Assembly (NCBI GenBank): GCA_951406725.2
Contig: OX597815.1
Location: 67,394,001-67,458,000, forward strand
Direction of reading: 5' to 3'
From: Octopus vulgaris
Taxonomy: Eukaryota
DNA length: 64,000 bases
Numbering within the stretch: the first letter of the stretch is position 1; each line of letters starts with the position of its first letter. This document shows positions 39,160 to 53,721 of the stretch, piece after piece. The position numbers were made by a program, and so were the translations under genes. Under the pieces are notes generated by a model. That model worked only from the letters and a program-made list of their open reading frames with translations, did not search any database and was not told the origin of the DNA.

Positions 39160-40739
39160 CTAAAATGGAGAACTATACTAACATCAGGTGAAGATAAGTT
39201 ACGTGAAGTCATCATAAGTAGGAGAATATTCCACTGCTATTCGTGGTTGCTCTTATCCCTCTTTTGTATTAACGTTGAGAGAGACAAAATCATGCTGCTA
39301 ATTTAGCTGTGATGAGAAAATAAACCACCTATTATTTATAGATGACCTGAAATTATTTGCCAAAAGTGAGAAAGTTTTATTATTCACTGGTTCAGTTAGT
39401 TAGAGTTGTGGGTGATGACATTGGCATGAAGTTTTGAGTAGATAAATGTGTGGTGCTAGTAATAAGGAGAGAAAAAATATCCCAAAAAGGAGGGATTCAA
39501 TCCGAGCCATGAATGAGGGTGACAGTTAGCAGTAACTTGGTGTAGTGGAGGAAGATAGTATTCTCTGCCAAGAAATGAAAGAGAAAGTGAGTAATGAATA
39601 TCTCAAGAAAGTAGAAAACGGCGATGAACTCAAAACTGAATGGAGGGGAAAAGCATCTCTACAGTAAACACATGAGCGGTCTCTGTAATACGATATTCTG
39701 TTGCTTTCCTGAACTGGATTAAGGAAGAACTAAGGGAAATAGATTGTAAAACTAGAAAGACAATGTCCATGTACAGGTCACTACATCCCAGAGACAGAGT
39801 GTCGATAGGTTACATCTACCACGGAAGAAGGGGTAGAGAGGATTGATATCAATAAAAGACTGTGCAAAGATGGCAAAACGTGATATAGAAGAGTATGTGA
39901 AAGGAGAGGAGAAAGAAGTTGTAGTGACTGCAACAGGATACAAGAAAAGAAGAAAACAGAAATGGAAAAGAAACATCTGAGAGGAAAAAACTACACGGTC
40001 AGCATCTCAGACAAACGCAGGATGTCGCAGCAGATGAGTCTTGGTTTTGCCTGAAGAATAGAAACCTTAAGAAAGAAACGGAAGAACTCATAATAGCTGC
40101 TCAAAGCCTGTCATTATGGACGAATATCATTATATAAAAATAGATAATCCTGAGGAAAATCTAAAGTACAGAGTCTGCGTAATGAAAATTAGGAATCCGT
40201 TATGCTCATAATAAGTTCCTGTCGTCCTTCAGTACAGAAAAAAGACAGTCACGATTGTGTGGGCTAGGCACTGGAACATATGATAAAGAGGATTTCACGT
40301 ACGAAAGAAACGGTACCAACATCAATCCTTAGAGGATTTTAGTGTACAGACTGATCATGAACTTCATGATCAGTCGTTCTAAGCAAGGAAGAAAAGAGTG
40401 TGTCATAATAGATGTAGTTACATCTGCGGACATAAATGTGCCGGTCAAAGAACAGGAGAAAATAGGAAGGTACCAGGGTTTGGCTTGGGAAATACGAAGA
40501 CTATTTAGGGTTTCTACGAAAGTAATCTTAGTTGTTATAGGTGCCCTAAGTATCATCACCAACACACTTAGCAGTCTCCCCATTGAAACTGGTTTAATTA
40601 CGAGAGTTGCTTTAATTCAGAAATCTGCTCTATTAGGAACGGCAAGGATTGTATGAAAGGATCTCAATATTTAAGGAAACTGCTGGTGACACGGTATCAA
40701 GGACATTGATTTCGGGTATAAAACATTGGTGCACACCAT

Positions 40740-40740
<1 letters not shown>
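39160..40740 (+). mobile_element. R4/Dong RLE element, RT to 3' end (element C), old
   Basis: KINHLLFIDDLKLFAK (RT catalytic DD), KLHGQHL, IIDVVTSADINVPVKEQEKIGRYQGL, QKSALLGTARI; (AAT)n tail at 40741-40813. Confidence 0.9.
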
Positions 40741-40815
<75 letters not shown>

Positions 40816-41411
40816 AAAAGATGAAGTAGAACCATTACGTGTATTTCTTATTAGCATAATGACTCTCAAACTTCAACAAAATTTGTAAAATTAATCTGTT
40901 ATCAATTAACGTATAATTAATAGATTCTTCTCTGTTACTTTCATGTTTCCTCACACAGAATAAACTAATTTTTCTATCTATTTACTCGAGTAAAGAATTA
41001 TGACAGCGGGTGTTTGATGTTATTTAGCCAATATTTGTTTTCCATCAATTCGGAATATTGTATTGTGGAGTGCTGATCCTGTTGGCAATTCCATCCCGGA
41101 GGGAATCCGTGAAATCTATCTGTTCACTGGTGCTTGACGGTCTGTATTATTCGGATAAATCATTGTACTAGGGAATTATGTAAATAAATGAAATCTTACA
41201 TAGCGGAACGGGAACCGTGTAAATAAACAAGGTCATAGTGAAAAGGGATCATAAAATAAATATATATTAATATCAGGAAAGTTAAAAGTTCAGTAGAAAA
41301 AACCTCTCAAAACGGTGATGTCACTCGTTGGTGATGATTGTAACTTGACCACACACAAGTACTGTGATCAAAATACAGAGATAGATGATATTGGCATTTC
41401 TGTAGACTGAG

Positions 41412-41712
41412 TCGGTGAGCTGGAAGAATTGTTAGAGTGTCCGAAAAATACCTTGAGGTATTTTATTTCAGACTTTAGCTCTTTACGTTCTGAGTTCAAA
41501 TCCCGTCGAGACCAGCTTTGTTTTTAAAACTTTCGGGAATCGATAAAATAAAATACCAGTAGCTGTTTATGTTCTCAGTTCAAATGCCACCCGAACCCAA
41601 CTTTGCCATTCATCGTTTCTAGATCGATAAGATAAAGTACCAATCAAGTACTGGGGTCGACGTTATGGACTTAGACAAATTCCTCAAAATTGCTGGCCTT
41701 ATGTGCAAATCG
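41412..41712 (+). mobile_element. SINE family 3, degenerate dimer
   Basis: Two ctgagttcaaat..gataaa..taccag units. Confidence 0.75.
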
Positions 41713-42014
41713 TTATTGTATTCAATCAATAACAAACCTATTCATTCTTAGTACGTTCTGGTAGATTTGAACGCTGATTTATTTCGGCTTCCTCTTGTAT
41801 CGCTATGACTATCTCGTTATCAATGACCCTCCTAGGTTTTCTCTTTGACACTGTGTGTTGATCTGTTTTCCCAGTTTTTTTTTAAAATTAATTTTATTAA
41901 GTTTATCGACTTGTCTATCAGAATATCCCAATGCTTCGTTAAATATTTGGTAAGTCGAAACTCAGCATTTCAAATATTCATTGTCTGATTTAAAATGTCA
42001 CATCTTACCTACTT

Positions 42015-42220
42015 GTTAGGGTGTGTTTTAATTATGGTTAGTGTGTGTTTTAATTATGGTTTAATTATGTGTTTAATTATGGTTTAATTATGTGTTTAAT
42101 TATGGTTTAATTATGTGTTTAATTATGTTTGATTATATGTGTTTAATTATGGTTAGGGTGTGTTTTAATTATGGTTTTGATTACGGTTTTGATTCTGGTT
42201 TTGGTTCCGGTTTTGATTCC
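42015..42220. repeat. 11-12-bp minisatellite (TTTAATTATGG to GGTTTTGATTCC) replacing the head of a family-2 SINE that continues to about 42390
   Basis: Directly visible; runs into cggacggggccgtgcattgtgttcgtgagcaaaactcttcatttcac. Confidence 0.85.
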
Positions 42221-42424
42221 CGGACGGGGCCGTGCATTGTGTTCGTGAGCAAAACTCTTCATTTCACATTTCTCCAGTTCACTAAGCTGTAAATGAATAA
42301 CCTTACAATAGACTGGTGTCTCATTCATGGAATGGTCTCGGCCACTTACGTGTTATGGAAACCAGGTAACCAGCCTTATGAATCCTGGGATTCTTGTACA
42401 TTTAGATAAACGTCCTAACAGTTT

Positions 42425-42640
42425 AGGCTGTTGTTTACAGTCTTCTTCGACCTCTATCGGTCAAGGCTGACCATGCAATGCCACGTGTATGTGGAAGCTT
42501 GGGCAATATATTTTGTGCAAGTTTAGCAGTTACCCGTACACACAAGTCTCCCCTCTATGCTACTGGTGTTTATCCAAGAGAGACGCTACCAGTGATTTGG
42601 GTCTATACAGTTTGGTACCTGTGTTGTCGCTTCGCTGCTG
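42425..42640 (-). mobile_element. Possible non-autonomous RTE / Ceph-domain-like fragment
   Basis: Minus strand (ggtaccaaactgtat..cttggataaacaccagtagcatagagggagacttg..gggtaactgct..ttgccca) resembles RTE 5' UTR sequence; recognised from memory only. Confidence 0.35.
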
Positions 42641-42829
42641 TCAGAATGCAAGGGACCGGAAATGATACTGCAAGGCATCTTACTCAGACCCTCTTATAAC
42701 TTGCGCCAATCCACGACCCCAGATTGGTATTTATTTAAAGTTAAAGTTTCATTTAACATAGTAGTTTCCATTTAATTCTTAGGGTTTATTAAAACCGTAA
42801 TATTGTAAAAATATATTTTCCTCTGTGGA

Positions 42830-42980
42830 AGACGTGTGGCCAATTGGTTAAGGAGTGCTCAGCTCGCGATCATAGTGTCGTGGGTTCAATTCGTGGCCAA
42901 GCCAGCGCATTGTGCCCTTGAGCAAGGCACTTCATTTCACGTTGATCCAGTTTACTCAGCTAAAAACGAGCACCAGCAGA
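42830..42980 (+). mobile_element. SINE family 2
   Basis: gtggccaattggttaagg..gggttcaattc..gtgcccttgagcaaggcacttcatttcacg. Confidence 0.8.
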
Positions 42981-43730
42981 GTGCCAATGCAGCTTTCTCT
43001 TTCTCTTCTCCCTCCTCTCTCCCTCTCTCTGCATCTTCCTTATCCTCTCTTTCCCGATTCTCCTCTCCTCTCCTCGCTGTCACATCCTGGGTATGTCGCC
43101 GAGTCAAAGAACGAGAAACTCAAAAAAGGTGTCCATGTCTGTTCGCGACTCCACAGGTACGTAAAACACTTAACGAAAGCATGTACATTTATAGTCGGAT
43201 GACGGCTGGCTTTCATATTTTCCTCTTAATTACGAATCGTTGTGACGTTCAACCCTTTCCCCAAATTACACTAAAATGTCAAAGCGTCAAGACAACTGCA
43301 ACATTTTACTGCGACTTCCTTGTTTGACATTGGTTCGCATTTGTCTGTCTGTCAGAATGAATGGTTTATTTCTCTCTTATATAACGTCTCTAAAACTGCC
43401 TTTCTCTCCATCTGACTGCCTGTCTAGGTGTCACTACTGACAGGATATAATCACATTAGACGATAGAGTTTGAAGATATATTGGAAAATATATTACACAC
43501 CACATCATGAACATACACGCACACAAAATACATATAAACATTCCCTTTTCTTCTTTTCACCCATCTTATGTTCATCAACTTCACACGTGTATGTACATAT
43601 ATATCATATATATGTGTGTGTATGCATATGTATGTATGCATGTATGTATGTATGTATGTATGTATGTATGTATGTATGTATGTATGTATGTATGTATGTA
43701 TGTATGTATGTATGTATGTATGTATGTATG

Positions 43731-43783
<53 letters not shown>

Positions 43784-44034
43784 GTGTGTGCATGTGCGTG
43801 TGTGTATGCATGTATATGTATATACAGATAAATATATATAAATATATATAAATATATATGTGCATACACGCACATATTTATACTTAAACAAACACACATG
43901 CACGCTTACACACACACACGCTCACATGCGCACACATGTACACAAGGAATGTGGTTCGATTGCAATATAACTCAATCACAATCTTTTGTTCGGCTTTGTT
44001 CCAGAATATTTAAGTATGTTTTCATTTAGATATC

Positions 44035-44120
<86 letters not shown>

Positions 44121-44122
44121 GT

Positions 44123-44187
<65 letters not shown>

Positions 44188-44188
44188 G

Positions 44189-44219
<31 letters not shown>

Positions 44220-44589
44220 ATAGCTGGATAGACAGATTGATAGATGGATATATATAAATATATACATATAAATCAACATCACGGAATGTATCTATGTGTA
44301 TATGAGCCTTCATGCTGGTATATATTTTCGTGTTCAAGTGTTTATATGTTTGAACAAAAGTTTCATGTTCTCCCTCTTTATTTCTCTCTGTTATTCTCAT
44401 TACCTCTTATAATCAATAATAGCACACTATACAATAAACTACAACGGATATTCACCACCAATGCTAAAAAAAAACCCAACAAAACACCAAAAAACAAACA
44501 AAAACAAGCAAAAAAACTCAATATTCTCCAGGGGACCCGATTAGCCGAAAATAAAAATAAAATAATAATAATGATGATGAAGATGATGC

Positions 44590-44649
<60 letters not shown>

Positions 44650-45145
44650 TAATAATAACAACAACAATAATAGTAATAATAGTAATAATAATAATGATAA
44701 TGATCTTGTTCACAACAACAATACCACCACCACCACCACCACCACCACCACCATCAAATAATAATAATAACAATATTAATATTAATATTAATAATAATAA
44801 AATGGGAGGAAAATAATAAATTCCTTAAAGCTCTCAACAAGATCAATAGGACACAAAGCAAATTAAAAGGCTAATTAAGCCATCACAAGCAGCATCACAT
44901 CACCCCCTTCATCTTTTCCAGTGCCTTAATCAAAAATCAAACAACGGTAGAACCAAACCTTCCCCACTTCCCTAGATATAAGCAAAAATAAATAAGGATC
45001 AAGGAAGACGAAACAAATATGTATAAATAAAGGAAGAATATAATAATATAAAAACAATATGTGGTAACATAACTCCAATTAACAGATCAATCAGATAGAG
45101 ACTTCTGATTGGTGGGCCAAGTTAAGAGTGAAGTTTTGTTTATTT

Positions 45146-45360
45146 GGGGTTGATGGCTGCGGTGATGATGAGGTTTGTTGACTTCGAAGACGAGGTTTGC
45201 TTACAGCAGTAATGAGGTTTGATGGCTGCGGTGATGAGGTCCGCTGTTGTGATGTTTAAGCTTTCTTGGCTGAGATGCTTGAGCTTTGTTGACTACGTTG
45301 ATGAGATTTTCTTGTTGCAGTGTTTGGGGTTTGTTGGCTGTGGTGATAAGGATTGTTGCT
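45146..45360. repeat. Degenerate 22-bp minisatellite (consensus about GAGGTTTGTTGGCTGCGGTGAT), about 10 units
   Basis: GAGGTTTG recurs with 22-23-bp spacing. Confidence 0.8.
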
Positions 45361-45774
45361 TGACATATTTTCCTGTTTGAATATCGATTTTTGTTGTTAG
45401 TGTTTCAATACAGAAGTTCGATATTCGGTTCTAAACACGCTGCCCTAAATCTGTAATGTTCTTAAAATAAATCTACGAATGTCATCTAATTTCACCATCT
45501 TTTTCCTTCCTCTATGAATCAAGGGACATTATCCCTCAGTAAAATCCCAATTTCCATTTTGCAGATGTTAGTTTGTTCGTAGGCTTTCCTTTCGTATCTC
45601 TTTATTGCTACAAAAAAATCGTCTGTGGCCAGATTTAGAAAGGGATGACCTCCACTAGGTCTAAAGGTGCATAAGACACACAGTAGAGGGTCCAAAAGCA
45701 AGGCAAGACTAAACCAGATTAAGTCAAACTTCTATGATTAAAGCTGACACAGTAAATTCTTTCAAAATTTAGAC

Positions 45775-46175
45775 ACATAAGAAGCAATTTCGGGGGATAG
45801 AGTTAGTCAGTTATATCGACTTAAGGAGTACTTTAGCTTATCGTAACCGAATGAAACGCAAAGTTGGCCCCGGTGAGATTCGAACTCAGAATGTATGGAG
45901 CCCAAAAAAATGCCGCTGAGTATTTTCTTGGACACGCTAAAGATTCTGCCACCTCACCACCTTAAATTTGGACTGATATTGGTTTCAAATGTTAGCACAA
46001 GACTATCAATTTCGGGGAAGGGTTAAGTCAACTACTGCGACCTCAGTGCTCAGCTGGTACATATTTTATCGATTTCAAAAGGATAAAAGGCAAAGTCGAC
46101 ATCGGTGGAATTTGAACTCAGAATGTAAAGACGGATGAAATGCCGATGAGCATTTTGCCCGGCGTGACAGTGACA
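45775..46175 (-). mobile_element. Two tandem SINE family 3 copies
   Basis: Two gaactcagaatgta cores in reverse orientation. Confidence 0.8.
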
Positions 46176-46268
<93 letters not shown>

Positions 46269-47229
46269 TAGCCATTCAAAAATATAAAAGCTGTTAACGT
46301 TACTTAACCATTTATTATTTGGTGTCAATATCCTAATTATTACTTGGTGTCAGAGGTCAGATAGCAGTTGATGCGACGAAAATTTTGGCATGGAATAATA
46401 ATGTTCAAGTGAAGTTAACAGTTTTCGTGTTTTTGAATAGCTGATGTGTGCCTTTCACACAGTAAGCATAACATAAAACATATAGAAAACATAGAAAGAT
46501 AGAAATTCACATCCAATTCGAAATAGTACCATTTGACATGATTTGGAACACCAAAGCATTTGACAAGCATATAATCGATATTTTTCTCAATTTTTCACAT
46601 CACCTGATATTCGTTAATATATTTCTATGAAAGTTATAATGACAATTTGTGGAGAGATCATTCCTATTTATAACAAAACTCATTTGACACGTGTCTGTTC
46701 TAAAAAAAAAAAAACGGAATAGAACCTGGTTATGTTGCAACATGAGCCTCAGAGCAGATAATCTCATGGTATCAGATTACGGATCATCTTTACGCAAGAA
46801 CACTCATTTCAAGATACGTAGTATAGATTAGTATCGATTATGTATATTTCGTTCAGGGCTGAAGTTCAAATATAATTATATAGCAACATGCTTAATCATT
46901 TCCTGAAAGTGTCGCCTTAAGGGAAAAGGAGAAATGACAACATTAACAACAACAAGAAGCAAAGTTGTGGTATTTAGGGAGCATCCATTTAGCGGAATCT
47001 TGTTTGCCTCATGCCCACACCCCGGCTCTCTTTCTATTTCTGTGTGTATGTTTATGTACATCTATCTATCTATCTATCTATCGTCTGTCTATCTATTTAT
47101 CTATCTATCTGTCTGTCTCTCTGCCTGCCTTCCTGTCTGCCTCTGTGTCTGTCTTACTATCTATCTATCTGACTATCTATCTATCATCTATCATATGTCT
47201 GTCTGCCAGCTTGTCTGCCTGTCTGTGTG

Positions 47230-47274
<45 letters not shown>

Positions 47275-47351
47275 ATATCTATCTATCTATATATCTATAT
47301 ATCTATCTATCTACCTATTTATTTATCTATCTAGGTAGATATTAAAAAAAG

Positions 47352-47382
<31 letters not shown>

Positions 47383-47655
47383 GCATATATTTATATATGT
47401 ATGTATGCATGCACGTATGTATGTAAATATATATGTATGTGTATATCACTATATCGATTACACTATGGAGTGTTGTTGTACATCGCTGACCACAATGCGC
47501 TATCTCACATTGAAAAAGCTTTCGAACGATCCGACCCCAGTACTTATTTTAATAAGCCTGTCATTCTACCGCTGTCTTTCACTGGAAGGGTAGTTACGGA
47601 GACGTAAACAAACCAACAGTAAGCGGTGGTGTGGAGGCAAAAACATACACAAAGG

Positions 47656-47710
<55 letters not shown>

Positions 47711-48189
47711 CACACACACATAAACACACACGATAGCCTCACGCACACACTATACGCAGCCACACGCACAGTTACAGACATCCATACGCACGTGCACACA
47801 CACACACACACACACACACAAATACACGAAACGCACATCACTTCACACAATGTACTCACTAGGTTACGTATACATATACACACACTGGCCCACATAATCT
47901 GAAGCTCACCCACACATACATTCAGACACGATCGTTCTAAAGCCCAGATACTTTTAAGCTCGTTTACACACACATTCACACGTGCTCACCCCCATTCACA
48001 CATACACTCACACACACCATTCTAACATACATGCACGCACTTGCACGCCTTAGTTCAGCCGGTTCACCGTTATTATCTCTTTTTCACTCAGACTCTTTCT
48101 TCCGGTCATTTTATGTTGAACCGTTAATCCGTACACATTTTTTGCTCCCCGTTTTTTATCCGTTCTCCTTTCATTCTTACCCCTCTCAA

Positions 48190-48433
<244 letters not shown>

Positions 48434-48475
48434 ATCTTATCTAAATTAACTATTGCTTAACCATTTTCTCACACC

Positions 48476-48523
48476 GTCTCCGATGAAGAGATATAATAAA
48501 TATCCTGGAAACAGCTGTAAGAC
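48476..48523 (+). ncRNA. Type I hammerhead-like motif with CCGAUGA core and 8-nt palindromic stem III
   Basis: GUCU-CCGAUGA-A-GAGAUAU(AAUAA)AUAUCCU-G-GAA-ACAGCUGU-A-AGAC. Confidence 0.7.
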
Positions 48524-48937
48524 CTATTTATAAATGTTCTAAAATTTTCACAGCCTTGAAAAAATTATATATAAATATAATGCATGCGTGTGAGTGTGTG
48601 TGCATGTGTATGTATATGAATGTATACACACAACGGGCTTATCTCACACTCTTCACCTACCAAATCCGCTCACAAACCTTTTGTCGGTCCAGGGCTATAA
48701 TAGAAAACACTTGCCCAATGTGCCACACAGTAGGACTCAACCCGGAACCATGTGGTTGGGAAGCAAGCGTTTTACCAGACAGTCGCAACAATGTGAACAT
48801 ATATGCATGTGTGTGTGTGTGTGTGTGTGTGCAGAGAGGGAGAGAAATAGACAGACGAAGAGGTTTTTCTCGAAATGTTTCCGCGCGTGTGTGTATGTAT
48901 GTGTGTATGTGTGTGTATATATATATATATATATATA

Positions 48938-48987
<50 letters not shown>

Positions 48988-48994
48988 GACGACG

Positions 48995-49088
<94 letters not shown>

Positions 49089-49402
49089 TTCTATCATCTA
49101 ATATCATGAAACCTATGGAAAGTTGGAAAGCTTTTCGCATTGTTATATGTATTAGACAATTCATTGTTGTTCTGTTCTTACACAGACTCACATACAAACA
49201 GACGATTATTCGCACGCCTGCTGTTATAATATAAATATTATAACATAGAATCGTTTTTACTGCATTTTGTTAGTGTCATTTTTATAGTGACAGACATATT
49301 GGCGAATACTACAACTGAGGCCTCGTCAAACTACGGCTTGTGTGCGTGTATAATTATATGCGATCATATATGTATATATATATATGTATGTATGTATGTA
49401 TT

Positions 49403-49482
<80 letters not shown>

Positions 49483-49778
49483 TGTTTGTGCGTAGAAATG
49501 TTATATTACTAAAGGTGATATTAAAGGGACAGAGATTACAGGAAGTAATATAACGTGAACAGTTAATATAGCATCTAATATTACCTCTTCAAATGATATT
49601 CTTTATGGTCTTCCATACCTTTAATAATATCGCTTCTAGTAACGTATTTACTAAACACAGAAACACACATGCCAGCGCAGACAATATATGTGTGTGTGCG
49701 TTTGTCTGTGTCTATGTACGATTGTATATTTGTATGTATGTATGTATGTATGTATGTATGTATGTATGTGTGTGTGTA

Positions 49779-49835
<57 letters not shown>

Positions 49836-50818
49836 ATGCGTATATACAAACGAGAGGTTTCCATACGGTTTCTGTATACTAAATTCACTCGCAGGACATT
49901 GGCTTGCAATAGAATGCCCAATGTGCCACACAGTGAGACTTAACCCCACATCACGTGCTTCATGGCCACAGTGGCGTTTCTGTGCCTTCAATATTTGGCA
50001 TTCAAGTTTTCACTTTATACACAAGTAATTATGACAGACCTGTGTTGTGATGGACGTTTTTGACAGTTTGCATAAATAATTACACGTAAAACTCGATTTC
50101 ATACATTACCACCAGGCCACACGAATTTTGAATGATGGATGCAGTTGGTTAAAACGATTCTAGAACTTGCTTGGTTCTTACCAAGATCCCGAAGGATAAC
50201 AGTCCAACTCGAAAGGGAACTTAACTCAGAATGTAAATGGACGGGACTAGATACATGGCATTTTGCCTGGTAGTACTTTATAAATTTATTCCATGTACTG
50301 ACGCCAGCTACCTTATATCGTATGCAAATTTTCAAATTGATTAGTAATTTTGAGGAATTTAATCGATGAAGTTTACAGGTTTTTTAAGGCACAAGTTGAA
50401 GTAAGTCTTGTAATATCACTTGTGCGTGGGTGTATGAGGCAACAGAACAAGGCAGCTACTAATGAGAGAGAGAGAGAAAGAGAAAGAGAAAGAGAGAGAG
50501 AGAGAGTGAGAGTGAGAGTGAGAGAGAGAGGGAGGAGGGAAAGAGATGGGGTGAGTGAGAGAGAGAGAGAATGATCGAGAGAATGTAAGCTAGAAACACT
50601 ATGAGAGAGAGGGAGGGTGTGTAAGAGAGTGTGTAAGAGAAAGTGTAAGAGGGAGAGAGAAAGAGCGTGCGTGGGTGGATGTGTAACAGATACAGGAAAG
50701 AGGAATGAAAGAGATATAAAGAAGAGACATATATAAAGGAGAGAAATGAGAAAGAGATAAAGGAGAGAGTCTGATGGGGAGATAGGGCTTTTCATTATCA
50801 TCCTCATTATTATTATTA

Positions 50819-50886
<68 letters not shown>

Positions 50887-51310
50887 TTGAGTGATCTGAA
50901 AAACCAAAGAGTAGAACCAGAGGCGGGGTTCTAATTTGTTGAACAACAATCACAATCTTAAATACGATATAACAGAACCAACAAGAACAACACCACTAAG
51001 AAAAACAAAACAAAATAAAACAAACAAAACAAACAAAAACAAGAACGAAAAAGCTAACAAAAACAAATTTGTTGAATGAGCTAAAAAGGCGGCTATTTAG
51101 AAAAAAAGAAGAAAAAAAGAAAAAAGAGACTTGTGCTGATACCGAAAGAAGAGAAATGGCGAGATGCTAAAATCTGGGATTAATCTTGCTTTTAATCACC
51201 GTTGTAATAAAGTGTATCAGAGATGTTACAAACACCATAACAGTAGTCAATCAATATAAATAATTACTATTAACCCCGTATTTAATTATAAATGTAATAA
51301 AATATATCAC

Positions 51311-51720
51311 AGGAGTGGCTGTGTGGTAAGTAGCTTGCTAACCAACCACATGGTTCTGGGTTCAGTCCCACTGCGTGGCATCTTGGGCACGTGTCTTCTG
51401 CTATAGCCCCGGGCCGACCAATGCCTTGTGAGTGGATTTGGTAGACGGAAACTGAAAGAAGCCTGTCGTATATATGTATATATATATATATGTATGTATG
51501 TGTGTGTCTGTGTTTGTCCCCCTAGCATTGCTTGACAACCGATGCTGGTGTGTTTACGTCCCCGTCACTTAGCGGTTCGGCAAAAGAGACCGATAGAATA
51601 AGTACTGGGCTTACAAAGAATAAGTCCCGGGGTCGATTTGCTCGACTAAAGGCGGTGCTCCAGCATGGCCACAGTCAAATGACTGAAACAAGTAAAAAAG
51701 TAAAAAAAAAAAAGTAAAAG
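51311..51720 (+). mobile_element. SINE family 1, intact reference copy
   Basis: A-box TGGCTGTGTGG, B-box-like GGTTCAGTCCC, body, central (TA/TG)n, tail ggcggtgctccagcatggccacagtcaaatgactgaaacaagtaaaa; partial copies also at about 2440, 16810, 27355, 49845 and 51870. Confidence 0.92.
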
Positions 51721-52269
51721 TATAGATGAACAGTGTGATATTTCACCCCCACCACCTCCACAGAATCCGAGTTCAGTAGAAACAATTTCAACTATTTTGT
51801 TTCTGACATTACATTTTCTAGGCAAATGGAATTTGGCTGTTGTAAAACCTCAAGCGGTGGTGATAGGGAACACACATACCCATATGCATATATACGACGG
51901 GCTCCTACGCAATTTCTGTCTACTACATCCACTCATTAAGCATTAGTCTGCGGCTTAAGGATACAGTAAAAGGCACTTGTCCTAGGTGCCACGCAACAGA
52001 ATTGAATACGAAATCATGTTTCCAAAGTGAGCTTTTTAAACATACGACACACACATGTATGTATGTATGTATGTATGTATGTATGTATGTATGTATGTAT
52101 GTATGTATGTATGTATGTATGTATGTATGTATGCATACGCACATATATATATACATACACTCATGCACACGTGCGCACGCACGCACTAAATTTATGCGTG
52201 GTATATTGTGTTACATTTTGCTTTTATGATTAGTGTTTGGCCCACAAAGTGTATAACGACCGATATGTG

Positions 52270-52301
<32 letters not shown>

Positions 52302-52599
52302 TATATATATATACACACATATATATATACATGTGTGTGTGTGTATGTGTGTGTATACACATATAAACTTTGACTGAAAGGAGAGTTCATAATTCTGACA
52401 ATCACAATAACCTTATTTCAATGTAAAATCCATCATGGCGCCATATTCGTAGCTAGTTGTGTGTCTATAATGCAATTCGGTTTTCACAAAATCTGAACAG
52501 GAAATTACATTTTATCAATATTTCACATATATAGTTACTTCTTACATAAGCAAAAGCCCACAGATTTATAAGATAAACAAATGCTATTAGCTGAGATCC

Positions 52600-53170
52600 A
52601 TGCACCCATCAATCCATCCGTCCGTCCGTCCGTCCGTCCGTCCGTCCATCCATCCATCCATCCATCCCTCCCTCCCTCCCTCCCTCCCTCCCTCCCTTCC
52701 TCCCTAAATCCATCCATCCATCAATCCATCTATCGATCTACCCATCCATTCGTCCGTCTTCTCCACCGACTTTTTCAGGAAGGCTTGTGAGGAGAGAGTT
52801 CTCGGGTATTTCTTCCATAGGGTCCTATCAGAAACAACTGTCATTACTCTTTCCATTTGGATTTCCAAGCGTGCCTAACTTAAACAACCATCTTGTTCTT
52901 TGCCTATCTTAAGGTCTACCGGTTGGCTTAGCTTGAAGAATCCTTCTTACAATTCTTTTGCTGAGGCATTCTAATCACATTTCCGTATTACCGGAGCTGT
53001 TATCTTTCAATGCGGTGAAGTAACGACTCGACCTGAAGAGACTCGCTGATCTCCAAGTTACAAATCCTGTCTAGTAACGTTACTCCAGAGAATCTTCGGC
53101 AGTAACCCATTTCGACTACATGTATTTGCGAACGTAATCTTGCGGTCATTATACAACATTCATCACCATG
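52600..53170 (-). mobile_element. RTE-clade (Rex3-like) 3' fragment with (GGAT/GGAC/GGAG)n tail
   Basis: RSQIHVVEMGYCRRFSGVTLLDRICNLEISESLQVESLLHRIER; homologous to 7271-7620. Confidence 0.85.
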
Positions 53171-53227
53171 GCGAAGATAGGTACGAAACCGAATTGACTG
53201 AGATCTGAACTAGAATATAAATATTAT

Positions 53228-53603
53228 TTTCTACTCTACTGGAGACGGGGTGGGGGTAGTCGATTAGATTGACTCTAGTACGCAACTAGTACTTAATTTT
53301 TCGACACCGAAAGGGTGAAAGGCAAAGTCGACCTTGGCGTAAAGACAAAACGTAAAGACAGCCGAAATACCTATTTCTTTACTACCCACAAGGAGCTAGA
53401 CACAGAGGGGACAAACAAGGACAGACAAACGGATTAAGTTGATTGCATCGACCCCAGTGCGTAGGTGGTACTTAATTTATCGACCCCGAAAGGATGAAAG
53501 GCAAAATCGACCTCGGCGAAATTTGAACTCAGAACGTAGCGGCAGACGAAATACGGATACTCATTGCACCCGGCGTGCTAACGTTTCTGCCAGGTCGCCG
53601 CCT
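53228..53603 (-). mobile_element. SINE family 3, dimeric form
   Basis: Same structure as 18088-18482. Confidence 0.9.
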
Positions 53604-53721
53604 TCTAAATTATTAATATTAATAAATATATAGTTTAGAAAAGATTGAGGCGTTGTGTTCTCCATTTCCAATTCCTTCAAAACTCTTTCCTGTTAGGGTT
53701 GTTCTCTTAACTTTTGATATC

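Noticed and set aside
45146-45360. Repeat arrays as CRISPR-like loci (also 42015-42220)
   Set aside because: Contiguous degenerate units without unique spacers, eukaryotic context and no cas genes
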